Assembly: GCA_051942205.1 (NCBI GenBank)
Contig: JAVECO010000053.1
Span: forward strand, 1 to 64,000
Length of the DNA stretch: 64,000 bases
Direction: 5' to 3'
Source of the DNA: Coniocarpon cinnabarinum
Taxonomy: Eukaryota
Shown: piece by piece, positions 47,564 to 61,706 of the stretch
How positions within the stretch are numbered: position 1 is the stretch's first letter
Layout of the letters: every line of letters starts with the position of its first letter
Notes under the pieces: generated by a model
What the model saw: the letters and a program-made list of their open reading frames with translations, nothing else
What the model was told of the DNA's origin: nothing
Databases searched by the model: none
Translations under genes and position numbers: made by a program

Positions 47564-50500
47564 CTACACACCATTAGTATTCGCATTAGGGTTGGCGTTC
47601 TCTTTCGCATCCGTGGTTGCATGTCCGTCATTAACGGGCGCGTTCTTCACATCATCCACGGCTTCCTTGGCTGCGTCACGGGGTGCGTTGACCCAACGAT
47701 CAATCATGTCCCTCAGCACATTTTGTCGAACAGGCTTTGCCAGGTAGCCGTTCATGCCGCTGTCCAGACAGCGCTCCCTGTCGCCACGAATGGCGCTGGC
47801 CGTCATGGCGATGACAAGCACATTCCTTACTCTTTCATCTTGACTCCGGCGTATCTCCCGCGTCGCGTCGTAGCCATCTAGTACCGGCATTTGGCAGTCC
47901 ATCAGAACAATGTGGAATGGCTTGCCTTCCTTTGATGCCGCGTGCAATGCGTCTACTGCTTGTCTGCCATCGGCATAGGCTGAATTCTGATAGCCTAGCT
48001 TCTTTACATAAGCAACCGCAATCTTTTGATTGAGCATGTTGTCTTCGGCAATCAGAACCCTCAAATCCCCTGGCGCGACTTTGCTCAGGTCGACGGGATT
48101 GCCTGCACCAGAGAGCGAGTGTCTGCTCGGATCACCTCGTGCGTCGTCTTCCGACGGAGAATATATAGCCATGGGGTCAGCTGCGCCGCGCCCCCTTGAT
48201 TGTGTTGAAGCGACCGCGCCTTCTTGTTTTACCGGCCCTTTTTGGCCCGATGCCTTGGGAAACGTCAAAGTGAAGGACACTTTGGTGCCTTTTCCGACCT
48301 CACTTTCAAGCCATATTTTGCCGTTCATGACGCTCTCAATGATGGCTTTACAAATGCTGAGACCCAGCCCTGTTCCCCCGTATGATCGTGCGGTCGAGCT
48401 GTCTGCCTGTGAGAAGGGTAAGAAAAGCTTGCGTCTCTGTTCTTCTGATACACCAACGCCGGTGTCCGCCACCGAGCAAGTGACCGTGACCTCTTTCTCA
48501 TTTTCTTGATCAACATCGGCGGACACCACGACGGATCCGCTCGAGGTGAATTTGTATGCGTTCGACATAAGGTTCATCAGTATTTGGTGAAGACGCACGG
48601 GATCGCCCACGACCACTGATTTTGGGTCAAGATCTAATTTCACTTCAGTCTTGAGTTGCTTCTCTGTGTTGCTGTAGCTAAGCGCACGAACAACCTCATT
48701 AATGGTCTCGTAAAGAGAGAGCTCCACGGTAAAGATTTGCATCTTGCCCGCCTCGAGCTTGGAGTAGTCCAGGATATCGTTGATAACGGTAAGCAGTGTG
48801 TCAGCACAGACTCGAATGGAATCTGCATATGACTCTTGTTCCGCACTTAGGATGCTGCCCTTCAAAAGCTCACTCATACCAATCACGCCATTCAACGGCG
48901 TACGCAACTCGTGGGAAACATTTGCCAGAAACATGGATTTGGCCTTAGCTGCTTCCTCCTTTAGCTTGACGTTGCGCATTGCCTCCGCTTCTGCATCCTT
49001 CGCCTTTTGTTCAGACTGGCGAGCCTTTTCCAGGGCATGTCTCTGCGCCTCGACCATCACCGCATTGTTGGCACTGACCTTTTCCACTTCTTTGAATAGT
49101 TTGGCGTTAGTGATTGAGGTACTGAAAGCGTTGACCAATAGACTTAGAAAGGTAGCGTTACGTTGAGTGAATGAACGCGCCCGCAAGAATATGACCCCTT
49201 GTACATCTTTTTCGCCACGGCGAATGGGCTCAACAATGACAGCAGTTGTCTCGCCAAAGTCAGCAAGGTCGTGCGCTGACAGCTCAAACCGCATCTCTTC
49301 ATGCACGTTTGGAATGAAAATGGACTCTCGAAACCGAATTGCGCTTAGGACGAGACTGACGCCAGCCTTGTTTGTAACCTCACTCAGAGGGAAATCTCTT
49401 TTATTGACGCCCAAATTGCGGTCTACCAATGATGTGACCATCCACCCCACATCTTCATGCTCTTGGATGAGCCCAAATCTGGTGGCATTGGTCGAGTCCA
49501 TAATGATATTCGTCATCGACTCCAAGAGACGATCAAAATTAAGCTCAGATGCAAGAATTTGGCTACTAGAAAGAATGCTTTGAAGATCCAGTACGTCCAA
49601 GCCAAGCGTGGTAAGGTCCATTTGGAACGGCTGCTGGGAACCCGAGGCTTTTGAAGCGTGCCCGGTCGTTTGTATTGGTGCAAGATTAGGCATTTCCGGG
49701 TCAAGATGGTCAATCGCGGACGAAGGCGACAGGGGAAATTCGCTCTCAACAGTTTGCACTGCCGAGTCTGTAGAGTGCAGCGTTGCACAGCCGCGTAGAA
49801 GGTACTCGTACTTCTCTTGTATTTGTGACGCTTTGGCAAAAGCAGACACCCGGCGGAATGCTGCGATAGCGTCGAGTAACGAACCCCGAGCATGCCTTTT
49901 AGCTCCGCGACGAATCATGAACTCTGCAGAAAGCTCCGTCGCAAGACCATAGTCCAAATGCCAGCAATTTAATTCGGCTGAATCCTGCGCTGCTTCAAAC
50001 TCGCGTACACACTCCCCGTACTTCTTTTCGGACTCAGATATCAGAGCTTGCAACAAGTGGATATAGACTGCGTAGTTCACGTCGGTGACCGTTGACCAAA
50101 CTTTCATTCGGTGAAGAAGTTTTCGCGCTGCCTCGACCGATTCTCGTTCAGCATCTGGTTTTTGATTAGTCTCCTCCCGCAAAAGCTGGAATTCGGCCAG
50201 TGACATATAGAAGGGCACAAGTAACGTCAGCCGCAAGCTCCAATATTCCCAAAGGTGTTCCATTAGAGATTTTGCACCTTCCAAAGCGGCGTGATAGTGT
50301 CCAAAAAGATACTGCACGACCACGGTGTAGTATCGATATGTTGTCATGGGCTTTTCGAGCTTCTGCGATTTTGCTCGGATGTAGAAACAGTAATAGTTTG
50401 AATCATGGTCGCGATCAGACAGGACCAGGTTGGCGATATGGGTTTTCGTCTTCCCCTGCAGCGCTCTGCAAAACTGTCGGGCAGCAGTAATGAACATCCC

Positions 50501-53500
50501 ACCTCGCGAGTCATCCTGCCATCTGCGAATCTCCTCGGCTCCGTATGTGCAGAAGTTCTCTATATCGACCAGATCCTGAGAGCTCCATATCTTGACACTG
50601 GCGGTATAGCCAATGTTGATCAAGGCCATCATGGAATCGCCGGCCGAAACAGATTTCTCAAATCCTTGTGTTAACTGGAATTCAAGAGCATCCATAGGCC
50701 GTTGCATGTGACCGACAAGTATCGCGTACAAAGTGTGTCCTCTGCCGAACGTATAACCATCGGTTTGATATCTGCGGAGGAGCTCCTGGGCCAGGTCTGC
50801 CATTTCACATGCGTATTCGACCATATCAAAGCGTCCAACAGCAATTCCAGCGAGATGAATGTAGCCTAGACCCGCTTGAGTCACGGGGGCGTGATCGAGG
50901 TTAAGCTCGACTTCCATCAGAGCCAATTGATAGAACAAGAGAGGGTCTGACCAGAAAGCTGCCGCAATGGCGTCACAGAGCACACTGCCCCTCATTGTAA
51001 CGTACCGGCAGTCACTAAGGTCTCGATTGAACATCGCGGTCGTATCAGCTTCTGTCAGCCTTTTGTGGATGGTATGGAATTTTGCGTCGCATCTTTCCCA
51101 CGATGTTTCTGGTACTTCCAACCCAAGTTCGTCCAAGCATTCCTTGAGGACGACAAATGCTCCTCCGTGGTCCCCGCATGTCGAATGAATCTTGCTTTTG
51201 AGGACGTACGCCGGTACTTTGTCGACTGCATCTCTAGCGTGAACGAAGATTGCGTCCAATAGTTTGCCCACAGATTCGATTTTGCCTTGGTAAAAGTAGC
51301 ATTCTGCAGCTCGCGAAAATATGTGCAAAGTCTCTTGGTAGTCGACGTCGGCGATGTCATCGTTCCAGGGATCTTTTTGAAGCAACGACCTGCAATGGAT
51401 TAGATATTCGAGCCCTTGAGCTCTGCCGCCTGCCTCTGTTGCTCTCTCAGCAGCATTGAATAGAACGTTCCGAAATGGCTGACGATGAGCAATATTTTGC
51501 TCAATGATCTCCAAGCTTTCGCAAATGTGGACTGCCTTGACATAATCGGAATGATCTTGTTGATTCGTATTGGATATCATGAGCCGTGCGATTTGGAAAT
51601 GCATTTGGTCCGGACGCTCGATGAGGGAAAGCGCGCTTTGCAAGAAACGTTCGTGACACCATCGGAACTGGTCGTCTTCTTCATCGGATTCTAAGATGTA
51701 TGCCGACATGGATTCTTGCAGTGCTCGTACGGCGTCTTGAGATGAGCGTCGAACTAAATCTACTTTCCTAGTTGGATTTCGCTCTTTTAGGGTCCTTGTG
51801 TGCGGGTCCATATCATACTCATCCTCGGCCATTAACAATTTTATAGTGCTGAACTGGAAAGTGGACCCAAGAAGACTCGCCCATTTCAACAGCCTGACGG
51901 TACTAGAGCTAAGGTCCAGAATGCGTCTAGTGATATGGGTGTTGGTCAGTTGGCTTCCATAAGACTGGGATTTGAATTCTTTGAAAATTCGGTCCAAGCT
52001 GTAGACCCACTGCCAATCTTGAAATGAATACCAAAGACATCCGGTTCTGTGGCAGGTATCAAGCATCTCACGAACAAAGAAGGGAACACCCCCTGCCCTT
52101 TCTTGTATGATGGCCGCAAGTGAGAAGCAATAGTCTGAAGATCTGTTCAATGTTGCTTGAACATATTGCGAGGTCTGCTGCTCGGTCCAGGGCTGCAAGT
52201 CCACCCTCGTGAGCACAGCATGTTTTAGATGCGTCAAGGCTTGAACTCTCTGCTCCATCTGATCCTGCGCTCTCACGGTGAGGATGGTGACGATTGGCAC
52301 TCTTGCCGTGAATAAAGATTCGAGAAGGTTTAAGCTCTCCTCATCAGCGTGTTGAATGTCTTCTAGGCAGAGGAGGATGAAGCGACGTTCTGCCAAGAAA
52401 CGCAGAACATCCAAATACACAGCAACGAACCTCGAGCTTTTCGCCACAGTGCCGTAACGATAAAAGTCTGCCGTCTTCTGTTGTGCTGTCTGCAGCTTCT
52501 TAGGAATGACAATATCGGGCACAGAATTTTTCCGACCAGTAGGGTTACCAGATGGCGTTTTGTCTAAAAGCCAATGGGGAAGACCGAGCATTTGCGAGAG
52601 GAGTGGCCAGACCTGTCTAATGTACAGCCGTAAGGATTCGTGAAAGTCCGTACTCAGATCGGGTTCACTGAAGATTTGTTGCATCACTGAGGACAGAACT
52701 TTGAGACAGGGATCGAACGGTGTTGCTTTGACTTGGTCGAACTTGGAGCTAGCAACATGTCCTCTTTTGCGAGCTTCGCCGAGAACTGATGCAACGAGAG
52801 ATGACTTTCCAAGGCCTGCAGATCCAGATACAATGACGACCTCTGACGCACCCCGTCTCCGATACTTCGACGCATGTCGCATCATGATCTCATTGCTTTC
52901 GGAGATTCCAGAGCCTGACATTGTTCTCGTGGCAAGATCACTTGCGACACTGTTGTTGCTGATACTCATATCACCGGAGGCTCGCACGCTTGGAAGCAGA
53001 CGGTACCCGGCCGTGCTCGACGATCGAGAGGTCATAATTTCATCACTTTCACCACTTTTGAGCTCCTCAACACGGCTGACCATCGGTGAAGCCGTCTCGG
53101 AACCTGTCTCCCCATCGACGGTAGATTCGGCGCGATGATTCGAGCTCGCATCGTCTTCGGAAAGAGATGACGGGTGTGATAGAACTGGAGGTCCTTGATA
53201 GTCAGCTTTGGTGGATGCCACACGATCAATGACGCCCAATACTGCTTGGCGATGAGCATCTCTGCCGATTTGCAAACAAGGTAATTGGAAAAGACTATTG
53301 ACGTCACGAGAGCCAACAGTAAAATCGCGGAGTCCTGCAGAGTCGCCATCGCTAAGGAGCTGTTGAATCGCGAGGATATCCAACTTCAATCCTGTGATTG
53401 AGTTGTACCGATCATCAACATTTTTGGCGGTCATTTTCTCGATCACCGCCGACAGAGCATCGGGAACATCCAATCTTCTGGAAGTGATGGGAGGCACTTT

Positions 53501-54686
53501 GCTGGAGAAAATGTTTTGTAAGATCTGTAGTGGATTTCCGCCAGTGAAAGGAAGATCACCCGCCAGAATCTGAAAGAAAAAAATCCCCAAACGGTAAATG
53601 TCTGTCCTCACGTCAGGGGTGGCTTGTACCCGACCCGTTTGCTCGGGTGCAATAAAGTTCAACTTGTATTCAACGCCGCGTTCTCGAGACATCTGACTCC
53701 AAGATCCGCTCTGCAGATAATCCTCAACGGACTTGCTGCCGGACGCGAGACTCGTCAGACGCACGACGCCTGTATTGCGATTGAAATGGATCTGTCACAG
53801 TTTCAGTCAGTCGAGCTCCGCATCGCCCAATCATTTGCCCACGTACACTGTCCCCTCTGAGCTCGGAGTGTATGACATGCTTTCCATTGTGGAGCATTTC
53901 GAGGCAAAGGCTAGATCCAATTGCAATGTCTAAGAACGTCGGCAAATGCGCTTTGCCCAATGTGTTCGTTCCGGCAATAGTGTGTTGCGGATCGAAGTGC
54001 GGGACTTCCACGGTGTCTTTACTACAGAGATATGCGTTGGCACCATAGTTCACCATATCCCACAGCGCATTGTAGCCAGGCTCTTCATATAGGACAACGG
54101 TTAGCATCGGTTCTGCATCATTGCGTGGCGGAAGTCGAAGGAGCTGTAGAGCCCTCAGATGGTATTTCGCTTTTGGATCGGATGACTTTGCTACAGATCT
54201 GGCCAACTGATACTGCCGCTCCAAACGCAGACTGCTTGTGGTGATTCTCGCCAGAACCCCGTTGTTCGCCCAATAGTTCTCGCTGGATCTTTGCCGAGGT
54301 GTCGCGGGCCTTGAGCCAAAGGTTGGTGATGAGCGACTCGGCGTTGTGGGAGACTGCGAGCCATTGATAGTTGGGCTAGCTGCGCTTGTGGCATCCCGTC
54401 TGATTCCACGTGCATGCCAGTCATCCCTGCTTGAATGGAAAATGGGAATTGCCTCGTTCCATTCGACATCCGGAATATCGTGCAGCCGCTCGTAGAGCCA
54501 CAAACAGAATCGACGGGGGTCATGAGGATAGGGACTGTCGCGAGACAAGTCAACAACGGATCAAATCGAGATTCGTAACCGCAATGCGATTGAGGCTTGG
54601 GACAACGACGGGCGGAGGCCACAGACTTTGTCCCTCGTGGCAACAAAAAATGTACGCGCAGTGACAACATACTAAGATGGATCCAT
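47564..54686 (-). CDS. Group X hybrid histidine kinase (Ser/Thr-kinase-like, P-loop ATPase, GAF, HisKA, HATPase, REC); Chk1/Mak2-3/HHK1 type
   Basis: FIAPEQTGR, GSAGLGKSS, FLANVSHELRTPL, NLMSNAYKFT, DTGVG, GGTGLGL, VLMDCQMP. Start MDPSY at 54686 with introns 54672-54535 and 53846-53792. Confidence 0.93.
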
Positions 54687-55107
54687 CACCTAACAGTGCG
54701 TCGACGCACATCACCCTTACTCGAAATCACATCAAGAGGCCGCGTTGGTAGGCAGGTGGCATGCAACCGCAAGTTCCGAGGCCGGTTGAAGGAGCTTTGT
54801 GCGCCTGTGAGGATTCGAGTATCGTAGACGAGGATGTGCGTTACAGAGACTACCCTGTTCTGTCAAGGCGAATGCAAAGAGACGATGAATGCTGCAGCCA
54901 CGATCCGAAGCTGCCGGCAGCTTAGTAAGTAGTTCGAAGCACGACGATGACTACTGAAACGCTCCACCGTACCGGCAAGGTAGGTACACTTGCAGACGAA
55001 GATCTCGCGCTAGTCCGTTTCAGGGTGTGGTCTCCCGGCATCTAGAAAAACGACCAAATCAGGTGAGTCTGGTAGTCTGTATGTGTGAGCAGGATATGGT
55101 GCATTGT

Positions 55108-55116
55108 CTAGTCATC

Positions 55117-55150
<34 letters not shown>

Positions 55151-56950
55151 TCTTCCGCCGTGACAATCTCTATAAACTTTCCCAGCCTCCTTCGAACTTT
55201 TCCCAGCTCTTCCGTGCTTTGAGATCGCTCATCTGTCCACCATTGCTCGAAAGCGTCTCCGGAGAAAACGCCTTCTTGGTCCCAATCTTCGATGCTGTAT
55301 AGGCCACTGCATATGCCGCCAAAAATCTCTGGCCCGCTCACGTCCTTCCTTGCCTCGGACTGGCACAAAAGCAAGAGGTCGACTTGATCATCTTTGCGAC
55401 TTTCCGCAGCGTCGAATACGATTCGCTCGATAATGAGTTTTAAGGAAGCCACGAGTCCACCAATCTCGGCAGGTGACTTGTGAGTGGAAATGTAGCTATG
55501 GAGCCCTCGCGCAAAGACTTGGCGCACTTGGTGTTCGGTCGCATTTTGTGCCATCCGTTGACTTTGAAGCTCCAATTGTATGGTAGACACATCTTGTCCA
55601 GACTTTAACGCGTCGAAAATAAAGACCGAATTCTCGGCGACGAAATCATTGCCTGGCTCGGCGCTTGACTCAGTCAATGGCGATGTGGCAAGTGTCTCCG
55701 CCGTTACCAGCTCGTTATCTTCTAGCTCGTCTTCATCATCAGTCGTGTATGAGGAGACTTCTGCGCTGTCATTGCTGGCATGGCTTTTTCGTCGCACACC
55801 TAGCAGTCTATAGCATGGTCAGCACAACACCAACCACAGATCTTTCAAAGCACCAAAGCCTGCCGTTCAAAATGCTTGAAAGGGCAATTCAATGGACACC
55901 TCAGACTAGGAGTAGAATACTCTACGAATGCTGAATACATACTCGAAGAATTGTGTGAGGTCTGCGTTGCTATCACGTGTTTTCGCAGTGACCTGAGCGC
56001 TCTCCTGATACATCGCTGGCAGGTAAGGCAAACACCGCCCAGATAGGACATCGACAACAACTTCTTTGGCTCGTTGCGGATCCTTGACGCGCGCTGCGTA
56101 ACAATCATTGACAATGTGGGTGTGAATGGTCTTGCCGTTGAGCTCATAGTCCTTGAGCACTCCATACAGGAAGCCTGTCCTTGGCGTCTCGTAGTCGAAA
56201 TTATCGCTCCACAGTGCCAGGGCGTCGGGCGTGCAGATGTCGATACCGCAATCCACGAGGTCTGTTCGCACATCTACATCTTGTTGCAGGACGTCTTCGT
56301 CAAGGAACAGGCCCCCAGAACGTCTGTCTAATTCCTGATAATGAAGGCACCTACGCCTTTCAGCATCGATGACGAATGCTGTGAGATAGCCGTCATCGCC
56401 AGCACGGTGTGGTGCAATGTTCTCACGCAAGACCATAGTCATGATGGCGTTCTTGTCATCCGCACGACGGCCACGATGCGCAGCTAGTGCAGGTCCCAGA
56501 GGTACGTTAGCGACCAGATCACCGTAGACGATAATGAAATCATTTTCAAGGATCGCCCGTTTATCCAGGTCGCGCATGGCGTCTCCAATGGAGCGACTGG
56601 CAGAGCGGAGGACTTGTAAATGAGCCCATTTCGACGACCTAGAATGCGATCAGCGCCGCGATCAGCAAGGCCCAGAACAACGCCTACTGTAGGTAAGTCT
56701 CAATCTGGTCGCCGCGCGAACTGCAGTACACGAAGGTTTGCTCAATACCAGTGCTTGCAAGATACTCGAGGGTGTATTCAATCAAGGGTGTGTCTGCGAG
56801 TGGCAGCAAGCAGCGAGGCCTGGTCGCCCCCGAGGGGCTTACGTCGGCGTCGAACAGGTCGGCGAGCACGACGGCTTGGAGAGGCGCTTCAGTCTCTTGG
56901 ACATCCTTATACCTCTCTGCATTTCCGCCAGCATGCGATTTTGGAGGCAT
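55108..56950 (-). CDS. GCD6: Translation initiation factor eIF2B epsilon subunit, apparently lacking the LbH domain
   Basis: LQAVVLAD..PRCLLPL..TPLIEYTLE, GDAMRDLD, DCGIDIC, DNFDY and YAARV; W2/HEAT domain with DFVAE, IQLELQ..RM and WW. Introns 56687-56639 and 55942-55808. Confidence 0.88.
55113..55151 (-). repeat. (GAC)n microsatellite encoding the poly-Asp tail of GCD6
   Basis: Run of GTC triplets on the + strand. Confidence 0.8.
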
Positions 56951-57677
56951 GAGGGGCCAATGCAAGTGGAAACCTTTTAAGCAGTGTCACCAAAATTCAA
57001 GGTTAGCCCGTGCAAGACATCACATGCATGTAGCGACATCATGGCACTGCCAGCAACTCCCAGCAGCGGAATGCGCGCGCCGGGCGCACGTGTCATCAAC
57101 TGCCGATCCGCCCAGAGCCGTATCACGCATGGGTGGGTAAGGTTCTCTCTGCATTGGAAGTCTGGACCTTTGCCTCATTGCAGTCTGGACCTCTGTCGAA
57201 CTTCTTCTCTGTGCTTGCGTAAATACTCTAATAAATACTTTAAATGGACCTCATGTCCTCGCCCTTGTCTTGAGAGCGATGCTCCCGAGCCAGCCTCTGC
57301 GCCTCTATCAAACTGGCGTGACTCTGTTTACTGCTGCTTGTGACTCGAGCGGCCCCAGGTATCAAGCGAGAAGTCGTCAATGACCCAAGTTGTCCCCACT
57401 GCACCTGGCCAATCGACATCGTCCGACACTCTGCCTGACATACTCTTCATCTCTGAAGACGTCGAGGTTTGGCTCGTCCGCCATGGCAGCCAATCGGTCG
57501 GCTCTTCGTCTCCAAAGGTGTCATCGCCAGCCTTGCTTGAAGTTCGAGGCGGCTTTGCTTCGCCGAGAAGCAGATCTATGACGATCACAGCAGGCCGCAG
57601 CGCCTCAAGTCTCGTGAGGTAGAATGTCGCAAAATAGCGGTGGCTTCTCCATCTCCGTCTTCTGGTCACCACCATGG

Positions 57678-59820
57678 TCATCTGGGACCGCCGTGTATCG
57701 TCATGTTAGGCGCGTACATCTGTTGCCTCTTGACGTCCGCTGAAGGGTCGCCTTCTCCACCAGAGATGTCCGAGATATGGCGTCGATGTCCTGCAGGCGC
57801 AGGTGGCATCCGAGCGGCCGAAGGTGTGTGCGGTCCGGACCCATACGGAGGAGGCATGCCGCCTTCCATGCCGTACGGATTGGGCATGTAGCCTTCACCA
57901 ATGTTGCTGGTGACGGGCGAGACGCCACTCATGTGGGCCGGCGAGTTCCAGTTGGTGCCCATTGTCGTCGGAGACTTTCCTGGAGTGTCCTCCTCATCCT
58001 TGAGTGAACGGGCAGAAGAATGCGACATTGGACCACCGCCTGACGAGCGTTTCAGATGACCCAGATGCTTGTCCAGCATTGCCATGAGTCCTTCCTTTGT
58101 AAAAGGCTTCGGCAGTACGTCGTTCATCCCATGCTGGAAGTACATGGAAATGTCGTCGCTTCGAATGTTCGAAGTCATTGCAATAATGGGTGTGGTATCG
58201 AATTGCCTGACCAGGTGACAAGCAGAGACTCCGTCCAAGACTGGCATTATTATATCCATCAAGATAAGGTCATAACTCGAGCCACTGTTGAGTTTGTTGA
58301 CAGCTTCCAGGCCATCGAGCTATACATACGTTAGTCCGTCAGTATCAATGTTATCGGCAATTCAAATGTTGGGTGAGCAGTAATGCCGGCGCGAAACACT
58401 CACCGCCATGTCTATAGCACACTTAAACGCGTACAGGAACTTGCCGCCGATTCGTCGACACGTGGGATCGTCCTCTACGAGCAGAATCTGTGGTTGCCGC
58501 ACCCATCCGAGGTCATACGACTGCTTCTTTGAGGGGGGCGGTTGTGGCGCTCGGATGTCTGATGGTTCAATGGGCTTATTGGGCTGAGGCATAGGGTATG
58601 GAATGTTATGGACGTGATCACCGTACATGGGGTCAATTCCCTGGTTTGATCCTACCGGATACACAAGATTTTCAATGTCATTGTATCGGACCGTGCCTGT
58701 GGACGAGGCTGACAGAGGAGGGTCGCGATTCTGGGACCTTTGACTCGACTTGAAAGCAGCTTCAGACGGGGGCGGTGTGGAAAGATTGCTATTCATCCGA
58801 TGGGCCATCTCGTTCATCTGCTCCAGATTCTTTGCGTTGATCGTCGTCTCTGCATTCACTTCGTTCAGTAGTTTAGATGCATGCTGCAGCGGCGAAGCGG
58901 GGGGCTCGTCCATGGGTGGAGTCTCTTGAGCGGAGCCAACAGGATTGCCATTTGCCACAGGGCCTGAGTTTGCGAATGGGTTGGGAAAGGATTTGCTGCT
59001 CCGTCTTTGAGCGTCCACCGAATGTAGGAAATTCATGACATTCTGGATGACATGTTCGTGGTTCACTACAGTCTTTTGAAGACCGATGACTTCTTGAAGA
59101 AGCATCGAGTGATGTTGACTAAGCTCGAGATAGCGGTCATGCAGCTGTTGCAATTGTGCTTGCGTAGCTCCCAGCTGTGTGTTGACCAGATCCATCTGTT
59201 GCGCCGGCATGTCCTCGGGGGCGTTGGGTTTCTTCGGCACGGGGGCTTTGCGGCGGATGTTGTCGAGCGCGTCTTTGTTGTTGGCTTTGAAGTCTGGATG
59301 TTTGAACTCCCAAGCCTGTGAGAGGCGTTAGTCAGAAAGCGGTGAGACTTTGCCGCGGCGGGGAACCTACACCGACGCCATACGGTGACTGCCCGTTCTC
59401 TTCGTTGTTGTGTCGGACCTTATGAAAGTCGTATTTGTTTAATTGTCGTACGAAGCTTGCGAAATTGCTGTGCTTGAAATGTTTGGGGAGAATGGACTTT
59501 GTAAACTTCTCATTCTGCAGGTCTGTCAGAGGCATCGCATCCAGGGGGTCTGCAAAGGAAGTACAAACTTCTAGAACTACGAAGCTATCGCCTTCATTGC
59601 CCCATCGTACGACCGACTCGTAGGAAGGGTCCTCCAGCATTCTGCGTCACCACTCGAGTCAGCTGCTGGTACACATCCGCCATTGGCTGCGCGGTAACAA
59701 ACTTGTATAGCTTGCGCACCTGCGCCGATGTCAGTATAGCGCCGAAGTCTACCCTGTTAAGAGACTCACAAAATCGCTGGAGCTGTTCGCGCCGGCGCCC
59801 TGTGCTTGCTGGCTGTCCAT
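57678..59820 (-). CDS. SKN7: Response regulator transcription factor Skn7/Prr1/SrrA (HSF DNA-binding domain, coiled coil, REC)
   Basis: SSDFVRKLY, LPKHFKHSNFASFVRQLNKYDFHK, ILLVEDDPTCRRIG, LILMDIIMP, DVLPKPFT. Several short introns. Confidence 0.95.
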
Positions 59821-61706
59821 CTTCGAGATGAAGCGCACCAGGCGATGCAGCCGCAGTAAGAGGGTGATTCGAGGGCGCTGCCCTCAGTAATGGAATGCGT
59901 GCCGTCTACGGTCTGATTGCGCAATGACGAGCGACGCCAGTTTCGAACTTTGTAGAGCGATGCTGGAGACAAGCTAGGGCTCGGTGGCCGCGGCCGCGGA
60001 TTGAGGCTGGAGATGGTCTTCGATCGAACAAGGAGAGCTCGAGTAACGAGAGCTGTGCAATGATGTCGACCCTACAAAGAAACGCGTGCGCGCATCCCGG
60101 TGTAAAGGGTGGTATGACAGACACGACCAATGCTGTGAGCCCAGATTTGCGCCGGAAAAGATATGTACATTCGATGGTATTGGCTGCGGAGGGGGTTGGT
60201 GGGATTGGGGCAGAGATCTTCGATGACTGGAGCCGATCGGTGGTAGATCAGGTGATAGCAATGTTCCGGACGACAAAGTCACAGCCAGACGTCGGGTTTG
60301 CAGATGTCAGGCAGCTCGCGCGGGATAGGAATACAATTACGCGCGCGTGCGAAGAGAGTGGAGGAGATGAACAGCGAGACAAGACAGTAGGCCGAATTGG
60401 GCGGGATATGGGGGATGGAGGAGAGGGAGGGCGGTGTCACGGTATATGGAGGAGGACTCGATCCCGGGCGGCGGGCGAGCGTGGAGGAGATGGAATTGAA
60501 GCATAGGGCATCGCTATCACAAAGCGCCAACGGGCACCCGGCACGTCAAGAGTGTGGACGTCCTCCCTCCCACCCACACGCTGCGCTTCAGCCTCAATCA
60601 CCACTACCTAGGTAGGTACTCACCACAGACCTGCCCTCGCGGCACAGACTCCTTTGCATACAGCCTCTTCACCACACCCATCGACAACGCCGCCCAGCAA
60701 GCAATGGGAGGGACTCGCTAGCAAACGCTCCATGCTCCTCCCTCGACTACTCTATCCGCCGTGTCGCCCACAAGGCTGCATCCTCTCGCTGAGGCCGTGA
60801 CATTTGGAATTCGCCGGTGCTGGGAGCGGCGCTATCGCTCTATGCACCCCTTCTTGATTCCCTGGCCAAGGTCCTGTGGACTCGCTTCCACTTGCGACCG
60901 TTACCTGCAGCAATGCTAGACGAGTGCGGCCATGTATTGAACTCTGCTCTCACGGTTGCACCCGTCATGCAGCTGGCCATTAATCTGAACGGAGCCCGGT
61001 CAAATAGGGCCGCGGCGGTCTTCGCTAAACAGAGCCTTGGCTTGCCAGACGGTGCCGCCACGGCCGCATCCTCTGTGATTTCCCGCCTGGCCGGCAATCT
61101 CCGTTTCCCCATGGCCATCACGGCGGGCATCTTGTGTCAAAACGTGTCAACTCTAAGCGCAAGGAAATGTCGTCCAATACATGACATCGACACGCGCGCG
61201 CGGGGGCATTCTTGCATCTAAGAAGCCCTCCTATCGCACCTTGCACATCGACCTTCACATTTCTCGAGACTTTCTCGAATCTCCCACGGTTGACTGCTTA
61301 CTCCTACCTTTGCACATGTGGACTTGTGTATGGATGAAACTGGCTACAGCTCAGTGGACTCCAATTTTTCTATTTCGTTCTCGGCCTTTTCTTGTTTCGA
61401 TAACACTATGATGACAATGTGCGAGTGAAATGCTGATGGTCTGATATTGCGAATCGACTCTAAGAGACAGGTCGTCCGTTTAAAGTATGCCATTCAAAGA
61501 GGCAGAGGCGCACAAAAGCACTCCACGCCCACGAGACCTCACGTAACCCGACTTATCTCCACGTGGGGGCTTGTGGTTTTTTCGTCGTCTTTGGCGCCCT
61601 GCCGAAGCAACCCCTGTATTGCGTGTAGCCCCACCACCCCTCACACCGCACACGACTTCGTCTTAAATTCGACCTCTCTGCAAATTGCCTGTGGCTGACC
61701 CACACG

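Noticed and set aside
59900..61700. ORFs in the SKN7 / Arx1-like divergent gap
   Set aside because: Low-complexity GA/CT-rich 5' UTR or promoter sequence; no supportable gene model.
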